A DNA stretch of 54,903 bases. Source: Craspedostauros australis. Taxonomy: Eukaryota. Position numbers and translations under genes: made by a program. Where the stretch lies: assembly GCA_030167865.1 (NCBI GenBank), contig JALAGF010000598.1, positions 1-54,903 of the forward strand, in the 5' to 3' direction. Below, piece by piece: positions 22,201 through 31,811 of the stretch; the stretch's first letter is position 1; each line of letters begins with the position of its first letter. The notes below the pieces were generated by a model, which was not told where the DNA came from, did not search any database, and saw nothing but the letters and a program-made list of their open reading frames with translations.

Positions 22201-25015
22201 TTCCGATATTGCCTCGCTGCTCCTTGTCATGTCGTACCGTTCGGAGTGGGTGGATCCGCCGCAAGAGTCTTTGCCTGCTGAGCCGGACGTGGCATCCGAA
22301 CAGTCCTTTTCGGCCACGCCGTCGCACATGACGTCTTCAGCTGCCGCCTCCAAGGCGTACAGCGCGCCGCTGGTGCAAACCCTGCAAACCTTGGAAAATA
22401 ACCAACACGACCGATCGATCAAGCTCACAAGGATCGAACTCGGGAATTTGACGGTCGACCAATTCAACGATTTCCTTGTCGACCTGCTGGATCCAGAAAA
22501 GCCGGAGGACACGCTTTCGTTGGCGAAGATCGCACACCGCAAAACGGGCGGTAACATTTTCTTCCTTCAGGAATTCATCCGATCGCTCACGCGGGACAAC
22601 TTGCTGCAGTACAACATCGGCCTGACGAAATGGCGGTGGGACGATGAGGAAATACAGAAGCGGTCCACGGCCACGACGAACATGCTGGAGTTGATGCAGG
22701 CCAAACTGAACCATCTGACGACAGCACAGTACGTGCTGCCACTGGCGGCCTGCATCGGCTCATCCTTCTCGTGGTATCTGCTGCGTCTCATACTGCAGGG
22801 ATTTTTGAAAACCGAAGAGCACACACAATTCTATCGCGATGTCTTCCAGGTTGACCCACCGACCGTTGACACGACGCAGCAAGAGATCATGCCAACCTGT
22901 TGCATCGAGGGACTGATCGAGCATAGCCATGATCCGTCCTTGTTGGAAGATTGCGGAGACTGCCATGGCGAAGCCAACGGCGACGGCGATGATGATATCC
23001 GCGTCGATGCCAGCGGCGGGCGCTGCATCAATGATAACACCCAGTACCGTTTCTTCCATGACAAGGTGCAGGAGGTGTCGCTCTCCGTCGTTCCCCATGA
23101 CCGGCTGTGGGAATTGCAGTTCCGGATGGGATCCATCCTCTTGAATTCGCTGCAGAACGATGAGCTGGAGCAGTACCTCTTCGTCATCATCAACCTTCTG
23201 AACACACGCCTGGACATGGTGCCACCATACTCGGGAGATCCATCGGACACCACGCGGCTCACGATTGCTTCTCTGAATCACATGGCAGGTGTCACGGCCA
23301 TTGCATACTCAGCCTTCCGAGCCGCAACGTCGTACTTTCAGAACTCGCTGAGCCTGCTGCCGAACAACCATTGGGAGACCCACTACGAGCTGAGCCTGGA
23401 TCTGTTCTCGTCTTTGGCGGAGTGCGCATTTGTAAATTCGAACATGACAGATATGGAACGATTCAGCTCGATCGTGATCAACCGGAAATGCCCCATGATC
23501 GACAAGATGCGGGTGTACCATGTCCTGATGAATGCCGCAAGCGGACGCTCCATCAGCGCCGGAAGAAGCGGCGTGATGGAACTCGGCCTCACCATCCTGT
23601 CCAAGCTGGGCTATCCGTTGCCGAAGAGCAAGTTCAGCCAGAGGGTCATGAAGTTCCAAGGATTGACGGAGGCGCGTTCGTCGGCGACGAAATGGATCAA
23701 GGCGGCGCGGAGCTCCTTGACCATCTCCAAATCGCCCGTTGACCTGGCGATCCTGAAGACGCTGGACAGCATGACGATCTGCGCGTACACGACGAAGCCC
23801 GAATGGCTCCCGCTGATCGTGTTCAAGAGCATCAAGTACACGCTAGAGCATGGCATCACGCTTTATTCGCCGCCTGCATTCGCCATGCTCGGCGTTTTGC
23901 TGGGTCCCGTCATGGGCGATTTCGCCGCCGCGCGCATGTCGGCAGAAGCCGCCCTGGACATGCTGTCCAAGGTTGAGAATCGCGCGGCGGAATGCCGCAC
24001 CGTCTCCCTATGCTATGGGTTGGTGAAGCACTGGACGCAGCCGTTCAATTCCTGCAAGGAGCCCATGCTGACGGCGTACAGGATCGGCATGGCGGTGGGC
24101 GACGTCGACTCGTCGATGTGGTGCATGATCCATTACCTTGACTTTGCGTGGCATACCGGCGTGAACCTCTTCATCCTCGATCAGGACTTCTTCACGTATG
24201 CCAGGCTCATGCAGGACTTCAAACGCGAAAAACAGCACGCCCTGATGGTGATGAACTGGCAGCTGATCCTGAATCTGCGCGGCCTGTCCAACCACAAGAC
24301 GCAGCTGATCGGCGATGCCTTCGACGAGAACGAAGCCCTCGCACGGTACCGTCGCACGAAGGATCGGCTCCTCGAGGTGGCGACGATGAAATTCCAACTG
24401 CAGGCCTGCGTGCTGTTTGGGCAGATGGAGGAGGCCGCGAGCATCGGGGCGAAGATCTACAATGCGTTCCGCAAGATCACGCCGGGTGTGCAGGCATGCG
24501 CTGTCGTGCTGTTCCACACGGGGTTGGCATGCTACGCCTTGATGAACGATCAGCGAGGCAGCGCGTCACACATCAACATGCAGCGAAAGCGGTACGCCAA
24601 GATCGGCAAACGATGCCGCAAGAAGCTGACGCAATGGATCAAGCAGGGTAATCCCAACTGCGTCCACTTCGTGCGCCTCATCGATGCAGAGCGCGAGTCG
24701 TGGAAGGGATCGCGAACGGCATCGACCCGCTTTTTCGAGGCGTCCATTCGAGTTTCGGGACGCAGCGGGCTGATCCATGATCAAGCGCTGGCCACCGAAC
24801 GATTCGGGGAGTGCCTCCTAAGACAAGGCGACAAGATAAGCGCGAAGTACAAGTTCGAGGACGCCATCTCGCTGTACAGCGAGTGGGGAGCGCGGCACAA
24901 GGTGGAACTATTGGAGGCAAGGCTCCAAACCATCTGGCCTCCACCGGACGATCCCATCACGCAAAAGATCAAGCGGCGGCAGCAGCGGCGTCGCAAGAAC
25001 AGCAAGAAAGCATGA
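19253..25015 (+). CDS. STAND/COG3899-like P-loop NTPase with TPR-like C-terminus and long Ser/Thr/His-rich N-terminus, 1920 aa
   Basis: IGRDEQ, Walker A GASGTGKS (nt ~21311-21334), KFD, Walker B VMVFDDTQWAD, KTGGNIFF, LAACIG, YRFFHDKVQE, HDQALATERFG, YSEWGARHKV; these are the motif series of the COG3899 ATPase-helical module. Start codon uncertain. Confidence 0.9.
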   Translation: MHPTMTPTPADDVSQAPRQHALLPNEQNGQFETLPLTAATSDDGEMSSATNTCVGTQPMHEAAVATAAAADVNDGDDAAHNATASSTASKFSGPKSFQKLSKSVAALMLASASPKPPKSTSRKTTQSKSKHRISRHHAINATGSVQSIRNLSLSPNMTTKSSVTIAARDDETASPSHQSHPSHPPTQQRPIPFALSSEPLTTSSSFDALSPDEVVLPLASPLVSLGPVTRQPLHHSSFANASINSSGYFSIASSEGTNNSNSNGSENHKHNTNQGVNANTNADAKVDAKKVHSTSHAMKALPTSLSCRATTPSDVETISSVDDDDDDDAEYAASKFQSQSMRSCTTFTPKTTASVMARIRRLSVDSHSTHSRGSSHTPRSSSGALTSKATALAIPLPISTPRPVSTRSILISPPGTTMIGDRKKSPLDPLHHSHHPTANHSTSINGAVGAAISRLKPLPKSRGIRRSTSTPSSVGHGATRTPLHSRPSHARQNRLSQYSQQRLNFNKVRRTIGRDEQYQLVQAAWDQCVETLQQRQAFMDVKLHDNLNSSSDEYDGANFDLPFTPAETALERSNTTPFSTHVKQQPAAKASNASNNDENDAAAVVAPQSKSWDASILRLDSPPPTYRRSVLQPTSSPMAARAKPPRQRHSANSTNPWRPMSPIPLATMRKSSIKASKSSRHLVMLSGASGTGKSTLVARLEGPCYAKYGCYVRVKFDLKQRQKEDEPMYGIKTAMSQLCHQLSQLPAMPRANGQPGMKRNDNSALSLPTTIANVQSNIMNQSIVAAAAATTASEEATVPAPPPQSPNLQHEAKRSPAATPGLSKHRQNDPRSLHEIRLQLLDGLSNQEWEVLAKIIPNLTDVIGGDAMLKIHQAAAASASAARNSLHERTSSVKMNDGAEGGLPTEAATTTPSLIHETSTGLRRVSFHLDDAISYQAMSDQLRFACTRFLQIVNQTIPIVMVFDDTQWADPASLDMMSAWISDSDIASLLLVMSYRSEWVDPPQESLPAEPDVASEQSFSATPSHMTSSAAASKAYSAPLVQTLQTLENNQHDRSIKLTRIELGNLTVDQFNDFLVDLLDPEKPEDTLSLAKIAHRKTGGNIFFLQEFIRSLTRDNLLQYNIGLTKWRWDDEEIQKRSTATTNMLELMQAKLNHLTTAQYVLPLAACIGSSFSWYLLRLILQGFLKTEEHTQFYRDVFQVDPPTVDTTQQEIMPTCCIEGLIEHSHDPSLLEDCGDCHGEANGDGDDDIRVDASGGRCINDNTQYRFFHDKVQEVSLSVVPHDRLWELQFRMGSILLNSLQNDELEQYLFVIINLLNTRLDMVPPYSGDPSDTTRLTIASLNHMAGVTAIAYSAFRAATSYFQNSLSLLPNNHWETHYELSLDLFSSLAECAFVNSNMTDMERFSSIVINRKCPMIDKMRVYHVLMNAASGRSISAGRSGVMELGLTILSKLGYPLPKSKFSQRVMKFQGLTEARSSATKWIKAARSSLTISKSPVDLAILKTLDSMTICAYTTKPEWLPLIVFKSIKYTLEHGITLYSPPAFAMLGVLLGPVMGDFAAARMSAEAALDMLSKVENRAAECRTVSLCYGLVKHWTQPFNSCKEPMLTAYRIGMAVGDVDSSMWCMIHYLDFAWHTGVNLFILDQDFFTYARLMQDFKREKQHALMVMNWQLILNLRGLSNHKTQLIGDAFDENEALARYRRTKDRLLEVATMKFQLQACVLFGQMEEAASIGAKIYNAFRKITPGVQACAVVLFHTGLACYALMNDQRGSASHINMQRKRYAKIGKRCRKKLTQWIKQGNPNCVHFVRLIDAERESWKGSRTASTRFFEASIRVSGRSGLIHDQALATERFGECLLRQGDKISAKYKFEDAISLYSEWGARHKVELLEARLQTIWPPPDDPITQKIKRRQQRRRKNSKKA

Positions 25016-25487
25016 GAGAGCAGAGGCGTTGGCAACAATGCTGCTGATGCCTGCTGATCCCTTGCGTGTTCTATTGCTACGAGCAGGATAGAAGCGTATA
25101 GCAATGGATTCTATTCTTCTCTACTCGTGGTTTGACCCCAAGTGCGGGAATGTGCCAGAGTATCGGTGGTTGTTGGTGTGTGCGCAACGCTACGAGTACA
25201 CGAACGACAGTGCTCAATAGTCTAGACTAATTTTTACAGTCTAACAATACGCACGATTGGCAGACGAAGACCACAAGATTTTGCGCATTCGTGTCGGCAA
25301 TTGCGCGCCAAAAGTGCGACACGATCCCGTCACTGGACCATGACAGCAACAAACGACATTGGCGTCGGAGGTGATGACGATCGATGGACAGCAGAATAGA
25401 GCACAGCAGAGCAGAGCAGAATAGAACAGAATAGAGCAGAAGCGAATACAGTTCACCATGGTGCAAAGGCGGCGGCACAGCGCGAGG

Positions 25488-26939
25488 ATGCAGACCTCGA
25501 TATTGTTCTTCGCGTGGTCGATGTATGGTGATCACTTGATTCCGTCCGTCTCCAGTTTCCAGATTGAAAGTCCACGATGGCATCGTTTGGTCCCTGCGCA
25601 ACGATGGCGAAAGCAACAGCAACAGCAACAGCAACAGCGACTAAGGTCTGTGCTCGTTGAGGAGTGCAATGAGAAGGATGGGGAGATTGACATTGATGCA
25701 CCCTTGAAACCGCCGTTCCAAGTGTTTCAAGAGGAGAACTTGGCCCGCATTGCGGCATCTGATCAGTTTCTCACCGATGCAAAAGCCAACAGTGTCACGC
25801 CTGGACCTGATGGCCACAATGCTCATCGCAAGGACGCCGACACAGAGACAGGAAGGCCGTTAAGCATGTTGGAACCGACCTACCGTTGGGAAGATGTGCA
25901 GCAACTGGTTTCGCAGCAAGGCTCGCGGCAGGCCTGCAAGCAATTCGCCGACAACGTCAATGCAAATGGCGGCTACGTCTTCATCAAGTTGAATCAGACC
26001 GATCAGGAGACTGTGCGATCCATGTGGTCGAGCATGGCGCGATTATTTCATCGTTCTGATGAAGATCACAGCATCCCGCTGCAGCACCAAACGCTGACGA
26101 GGGAAGACACGGCGACGGCTCACCAAACGAGCGGATACAAGTTCGTGCAGACCTTCTTGCACGGACACGAGCTGTTGCCGGATTACCTCGCAACCGACGA
26201 GGAGGACTACAGGAACCTGGAGCGTGCGTATCATCTCTTCTCGACGATTGCGGAAGAAACGGCCATCGCGGCATTGTCGGGCATGCTGGATAAGCCTCCC
26301 GCCGTCATGCGCAGCTTCACGAATGGCTTGCTGCACGACACGCAACGGTTCAGCGGTGCGTATCATCGGCTGTCGCGGTATGTGTCCGCGAAGCAACATG
26401 ATGGTGGTGGTGACAATGACGCAGATCGCTGGAACGAAAGCTTGAGAAGCCATACCGATTGGACGCTGACGACGCCGATTCCCATGTCCCAAACGCCTGG
26501 ATTGGAGGTGTGGCGATCACATGATGAGACCTGGATCCGACCCGAAGCCTTGATTCAGCAGTCCACGCTAAACAACAACAACAACAACAACAATAGTGAT
26601 GACGACGACGACGATAGCGGCAACACCGCGTACGTCATTGTTATGATCGGAAAATGGATGGAACTAATCACGAATAAGGAGATGGAATCCTGCATCCATC
26701 GCGTCGTTTGCGATCAATCCATCGAGGCCCGAATGAGCGCACCGTTCTTCATGCGACCCAAGGAGCTCCTGTTCCGACAAATCGATCAGGAGTTCAACCA
26801 GCCATCCCGGGCGGAAACGTTGACATCTTCATCCAAGCAAGCCATGCAGTACATCGCGGACTTCTTTCAAGGTTTCATCCATGTTGTGGAGAGCTCGATG
26901 ACGCCAGAGGCGTCAACCAACCGCGATAGCCAATCATGA
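25488..26939 (+). CDS. 2OG-Fe(II) oxygenase, IPNS/DIOX-like (DSBH fold), probable bipartite plastid-targeting presequence
   Basis: LRSHTDWTLTT (HxD), GLEVW, MIGKWMELITN, CIHRVV (distal His), RMSAPFF (RxS 2OG-binding). Start placed at ATG 25488 (MQTSILFFAWS...VSS-F); upstream in-frame ATG at 25458 is the alternative. Confidence 0.85.
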   Translation: MQTSILFFAWSMYGDHLIPSVSSFQIESPRWHRLVPAQRWRKQQQQQQQQRLRSVLVEECNEKDGEIDIDAPLKPPFQVFQEENLARIAASDQFLTDAKANSVTPGPDGHNAHRKDADTETGRPLSMLEPTYRWEDVQQLVSQQGSRQACKQFADNVNANGGYVFIKLNQTDQETVRSMWSSMARLFHRSDEDHSIPLQHQTLTREDTATAHQTSGYKFVQTFLHGHELLPDYLATDEEDYRNLERAYHLFSTIAEETAIAALSGMLDKPPAVMRSFTNGLLHDTQRFSGAYHRLSRYVSAKQHDGGGDNDADRWNESLRSHTDWTLTTPIPMSQTPGLEVWRSHDETWIRPEALIQQSTLNNNNNNNNSDDDDDDSGNTAYVIVMIGKWMELITNKEMESCIHRVVCDQSIEARMSAPFFMRPKELLFRQIDQEFNQPSRAETLTSSSKQAMQYIADFFQGFIHVVESSMTPEASTNRDSQS

Positions 26940-27067
26940 TGATACCAAACGCTTTTGGAGCGACGGTTGGCAACCGATGCTGTGACGAGGTTGCCACTTC
27001 TTCCACATGAGTTGAATGCACCACACTTTTACTACAATAGTTACAAATTCGACTGGGGTGCATCCCT

Positions 27068-28780
27068 CTAATCATCCACTCCATTCGTTTGTTTACTTTG
27101 GCTTCTCGACATGTTTCGCAGACTCATCGCAGCACGTTGCCTTGCGACTGTGTCCGATACTTCCTCCCACCAATCTCCCGATTTATCGTGCTTCAAGAAT
27201 CGCACGCCGGAATCGCGCAAGGTTTGAATCAGGCGCTTCGTCGTCTCCGTCTTCTCGGCCTTGGTCATGGATGGCTCGTCGTACCTCGGCTTGCATTCCT
27301 TCAGCAGCCGAGCGAATTCGATGTTGCCAGGGGACTTCTGGTAGGAACGACCTCGACCGAGAAGGACATCCTTGGGCCTGGGAGGTATGTCGACGCAATT
27401 TTCCGGCTTACCTTCGTAAAATCGAGCTGTGGTTTCCTGGTCGTACTGGAGACACTTCTCGACTGTTTTCTGCGCTATTGCCGCGTCACAGACGCCGACA
27501 TCTCCATTCGGCAGCACCTCCGATGGAATCCCAAAGGTCTGAAGCTGCGCGTTGCACTCCAGCTCGGTCCCGCAGTGGATTCGGCATCTCAATCGGAACT
27601 CCTTCGGCGCGGCTCGAAGCAGGAAAAACAGAACGGGTTTGACGCGCGCATCGGAGAAGCACACGTGCAGCCCCGCATTGCGGATGGGGTGCGCATCGAG
27701 CGCGTTCATTCGCATCATGGACAGAGCGACCTTGAAATGCGACAGACCCGCACCGATTGCGTAGATAACGCAGACCAATCCGCGTTGCTGTGCGCGCACG
27801 GATCGAATGGAGACATGGGACAAGTAAAAGCTGGCCTGTGCCAATGAGAGCGGCGCTTGTGTCTTCCACCGGACCGTGTAATTGATGATGATGGAACGGG
27901 AACCCAGGGCCCCGCCGCTGTCATGCGCTATCTGGGAACCTGCCTCGAGGGATTCTCGGACTTCCTGATCCAAATCCGCAAGCGTGAGCGGTCGCAGACA
28001 TCGTTCGCTCCCAAACAGCTTCTCCTTCGCATGAAAGTACTTGACCATCTTGCACGCCGCCTCCTTGACATCCCAAAGCGTCGCTCGCAGCATTGCCAAC
28101 CGCAGAGTGACATCGGACGTGAGACGCGGGGCCAACAACGCTGTCATCATGTACGATTCCCGCAATGCCTTGACCGCCGTCGGCAGCCTGGATGAGGTCT
28201 TGCTCTCATAGAGGCCAAAGGTGAGCTGGGTTTCCAACCGCTCCAGATGCATCTGCCGAAATGCCTCCGTTTCTTGCACGGGCTGCCGCACGCCATGGAT
28301 ATCTTCGTACACCTTCTCCCGTTCCTGCAAAGACAGTTCGGCCATCTCCTGCGCCTGCATTTTGCGAGCCTCCCTGAGGTTCAATTCCGATTCAATCAAG
28401 GCCGGCGACGATGGAGCCGCTGGTGGCGAATACGCATTCGCAGCATCGTCGTCGTCGCTGCCGGAGGCTGCGGGTGTAATGTCTCCGTCCAGAGAACGTT
28501 TGTTGACGCGTCTGGATGGTGCTTGCAACAAATCGCTGGTTGCGGACTGATCCACGATCGCGCTGCTGTTGCTGCAGCTACTGACAGGATCAAGACCATC
28601 CTTCAGAATGCAGGACATGTCTTCTCCCAACAATAGCTGGGAATCATCGTCATTCTCTCTGCCGTCGTAGATCAGGGAACAACTGTGCACATCGTCACAT
28701 TCGCCATCGCATTCGCTGTCACTGTTGATCGCAAAGGCAGATACGATCTGTTCGAAGTTGAAGAGGTCGAAGAACTTCAT
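27068..28780 (-). CDS. Diatom CRAL-TRIO-like + DUF6824 domain protein (paralog 1)
   Basis: C-terminal PRPKDVLLGRG...PGN.EF...RFLK....WWEEVSD.VARQRAAMSLRN (DUF6824 pattern). Central LRLAMLRATLWDVKEAA..YF..K.LFG, PIRNAGLHVC, RCRIHCG. Start at the MKFFDL ATG shared by all three paralogs (ORF-track start at 28933 is a non-ATG codon). Confidence 0.85.
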   Translation of the reverse strand: MKFFDLFNFEQIVSAFAINSDSECDGECDDVHSCSLIYDGRENDDDSQLLLGEDMSCILKDGLDPVSSCSNSSAIVDQSATSDLLQAPSRRVNKRSLDGDITPAASGSDDDDAANAYSPPAAPSSPALIESELNLREARKMQAQEMAELSLQEREKVYEDIHGVRQPVQETEAFRQMHLERLETQLTFGLYESKTSSRLPTAVKALRESYMMTALLAPRLTSDVTLRLAMLRATLWDVKEAACKMVKYFHAKEKLFGSERCLRPLTLADLDQEVRESLEAGSQIAHDSGGALGSRSIIINYTVRWKTQAPLSLAQASFYLSHVSIRSVRAQQRGLVCVIYAIGAGLSHFKVALSMMRMNALDAHPIRNAGLHVCFSDARVKPVLFFLLRAAPKEFRLRCRIHCGTELECNAQLQTFGIPSEVLPNGDVGVCDAAIAQKTVEKCLQYDQETTARFYEGKPENCVDIPPRPKDVLLGRGRSYQKSPGNIEFARLLKECKPRYDEPSMTKAEKTETTKRLIQTLRDSGVRFLKHDKSGDWWEEVSDTVARQRAAMSLRNMSRSQSKQTNGVDD

Positions 28781-29105
28781 TTCGTGGTTGGGTGGTGAAG
28801 CACTTGTGTCGTTTTGTATTTTGCTGTGCCTTTGACGGAGGGAAAAGGTGTCTATTGCTGGTGTTGATGCTGCTGGTGTGGACGGCGCTGCGGCTGTCGG
28901 AGGGAAGTTGGGTTGAGGCGAGCGGCTGTTCACGAAGGTGGCAAACTGTTTGATTTGTTTGGTGGCCTCTTTGGATGCGGCACTTTCACTGATTGATCCC
29001 TTCCGTCTTCATTCACTCAAGCATTCATTCATTTATTCATACGCGCATGTGTAGCTCGTATAATACCAGCACTCTCGGATTCACCCATTCATTCATCGAT
29101 CAATT

Positions 29106-29161
29106 CATCAATGCATCAATTCATCAATGCATCAATGCATCAATTCATCAATGCATCAATG
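29106..29161. repeat. Tandem repeat, 7 copies of 8-bp unit CATCAAT(G/T)
   Basis: catcaatg catcaatt catcaatg catcaatg catcaatt catcaatg catcaatg read directly. Confidence 0.9.
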
Positions 29162-29511
29162 CATTGGCCACATAGATGTCTCTTGATTCGTTGTCAGCTT
29201 GGTGGCTCTGTGCGTTGTGTCTTTGACTGTGTTGATTTGTTGGTCGTGTTGGAGGCGCTTCGCTTCCTCGCATGCTGTGAATGGCATCAAGTTTGTCCAC
29301 GTTTGGTGACACGAAGAGAATGATGAGAATCACTGCCGCGCCTCCCGTGCCCACCGAATGATTTCGATGCATCCGGTTCGGATTCGTCATACCCAGACGA
29401 AGATAGAGTTTGGAGGCATGATCCATGAGAGAGAGTCCGCCCATCATATGATATTATGTAGTAATAGCTAGCGGTAGGAAAGGAAATGCATTGCCAAATG
29501 GAAGTCTGTTG

Positions 29512-31191
29512 TTAAGATTTCGCCTCATCGTGCTTGAGATTACGTGACAGGTTGCGAAAGCTCATCGCCACGCGCTTGCGCGCCACGCTATCTGACACCT
29601 CCACCCACCAGTTCCCAGACTCGTCATGCTTCAAGAACTGAACGTCCGAATCGCGCAGTTGTTGCACCAAACCCTTTGTCATCGCCGTTTTGTTGCGTCT
29701 CATCATCGACGGTTGATCATATGCAGCCTTGTTGGCTTCCAGAAGCTTGGCGAACTCCACATTGCCTGGATACCTCTGATATGGACGTCCGCGGCCAAGG
29801 AGTATATCCTTCGGTTTGGGGGGCTGATCCATGCAATCTTCTGACTTGCCTTCGAAATACTCATCCAGCACCTCTCGGTCATGTCGCAAAAACCTCCCAA
29901 TCATTTCATTTGTGATTGCACTATCGTAGCTGATCTGTGTGGTGTCAGGTAGGAGGCCGGGTGGTATGCCGTACGTCAGGAGCTCGTAGTTGCATTCCAC
30001 TGGCGATCCACAGTGGATTCTGCATCGTATCCGTGAGGTCTTCGGGATCACTTGTAACACGCTTGACAGGATGGTCTTAATGCGGTGGTTGGAGATACAG
30101 ACGTGCAATCCAGCCATACGAAATGGCATATCCTCTAGCCAGAATATCTTCATCATCGCCAATGCTCTCCTGAAATGAGAAGAGTCGGCATCGAGAGCGT
30201 AGATGACCACCACCTGCCCATGTTGCTGAGACTGGACGGTTGTGTTCGATACATGCGTCAAATAGAAGATCGCCTGGGCCCGAGACAGAGCGCTCTGCTC
30301 CTTCCATCTCGCAACGCGGTCGACGAGCATGGAACGAGCACAATTGCTTCCGCCACCTTCATGACATGCAACGGCGCCATCCTCGAGAGATTCTCTCGCT
30401 TCCACTGACAGATCGGCAAACGTGATGGGGTACAGGTACTTCTCTCGTCCAAACAATTCTCTCTTGCAGTGGAAGTACCTCATGATCTTATTCGCTGCTT
30501 GCTCTACATCCCAGAACGTTGATCGCAACATTGCGATTCGGAGTCTCACATCGGATGTGATGCGCGGCGCAAGGAACGCTGCCATAGTATATGCGTCCTT
30601 GGTGGTGGAGTTACTATTCGGCACGTTGTACTTGCGCTTGCTGTCGTACAAGTTCGTAGTCAATTCTGTCTCAAGTCGTTGCAGACAGTCGTGCCGAAAC
30701 TCTTCCATCTCTTCGATCGGCCTTCGAACGCCGTGGATATCCTCATATACGCGCTCCCTCTCGTACAGAGACAACTCTTGAATCTCTCGCGCTTGCATCT
30801 TCTCGGCTTCGGTGAGGTCGAGATCGATCGTAGGATGTCGAGCAGTATCTCCGCTTGAAAGCTCTGCATGACGTCCATCGAGAGTGCGCTTGTTGCTCTG
30901 ACGAGGTAGCCACTGCGATAGCTCGTCCAGGAAGCATGATTCGCCATCAACAGGATCACCGATTGCATCCAAAGGCTCTTCATCGACTGGCAGCCCTTTC
31001 GTTTCTTCTTCTTCGTCGTCGTCTTCGTTATCACCATCATCATTATTGCACTTGTTGCGATCGCGTTTGAGTGATGGGTGACGAATGCCAAAGTCGTCAA
31101 CGTCAACGTCGACGTCGGCGCTGGCGCCAGCGTGGCCATCATGAAAGACGGACGTGGCCTCTTCGGAGGTGATCAAGTCAAAGAATTTCAT
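29512..31191 (-). CDS. Diatom CRAL-TRIO-like + DUF6824 domain protein (paralog 2), 559 aa
   Basis: PKPKDILLGRGRPYQRYPGNVEF...WWVEVSDSVARKRVAMSFRN; MKFFDL start at ATG 31191. Confidence 0.87.
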   Translation of the reverse strand: MKFFDLITSEEATSVFHDGHAGASADVDVDVDDFGIRHPSLKRDRNKCNNDDGDNEDDDEEEETKGLPVDEEPLDAIGDPVDGESCFLDELSQWLPRQSNKRTLDGRHAELSSGDTARHPTIDLDLTEAEKMQAREIQELSLYERERVYEDIHGVRRPIEEMEEFRHDCLQRLETELTTNLYDSKRKYNVPNSNSTTKDAYTMAAFLAPRITSDVRLRIAMLRSTFWDVEQAANKIMRYFHCKRELFGREKYLYPITFADLSVEARESLEDGAVACHEGGGSNCARSMLVDRVARWKEQSALSRAQAIFYLTHVSNTTVQSQQHGQVVVIYALDADSSHFRRALAMMKIFWLEDMPFRMAGLHVCISNHRIKTILSSVLQVIPKTSRIRCRIHCGSPVECNYELLTYGIPPGLLPDTTQISYDSAITNEMIGRFLRHDREVLDEYFEGKSEDCMDQPPKPKDILLGRGRPYQRYPGNVEFAKLLEANKAAYDQPSMMRRNKTAMTKGLVQQLRDSDVQFLKHDESGNWWVEVSDSVARKRVAMSFRNLSRNLKHDEAKS

Positions 31192-31811
31192 TGTTCCTAT
31201 TGCTCTCGTTTCCGAAGAGGTGTGGAGTGAATTAACTTCGTTGTCGACGTGAGCAGATGATGATTGAGTATGGCGCAAATGTGATGCGAGTGCGATACGG
31301 GTGTGATATCAAATGTGATCTGCGTCAATCACAGCGAACACCAAGCGATCCGTGGAACAGTTCGATCGCGTTCCGATCGATAGCCGTACAACCATGCAAT
31401 CAATCCTGCTCTCTCTCTGCAATGTATTGTGAACGCATCCAATCAAGGAGCACTTACGTTGGCTGTTCCATGTATTGGTATGGTGCAATGGAGATCGGAA
31501 TTCGCCCACGCGGACCGTTGGCGACACATGGACGGCTTCCACCCTTCTGTTGTTTCTCCCTTCCAGCAGTGTTTGGATGTGTGCCCACGTCACTACATGT
31601 TTGTGTTGGTTTCGTGTGTTGGTTTTGTTCGCTTTGTTTGGAATTGGGAGTTTAAGGGGAATATACCTTATTGATAGCAATCGATTCGGATTCGCAGTGG
31701 AGTCACGACGTATGCGCCACCGGACAACATGTCAACCAACCATACAAACATACATGCATCAAGACAATCCACAAACTGCCATACACATTTCATCTCTCAA
31801 ACAAACAAACA

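Noticed and set aside
29106..29161. Regular repeat considered as a CRISPR-like or telomeric array
   Set aside because: Head-to-tail 8-mers with no spacers, no cas genes, eukaryotic context and not TTAGGG-like; an ordinary minisatellite.
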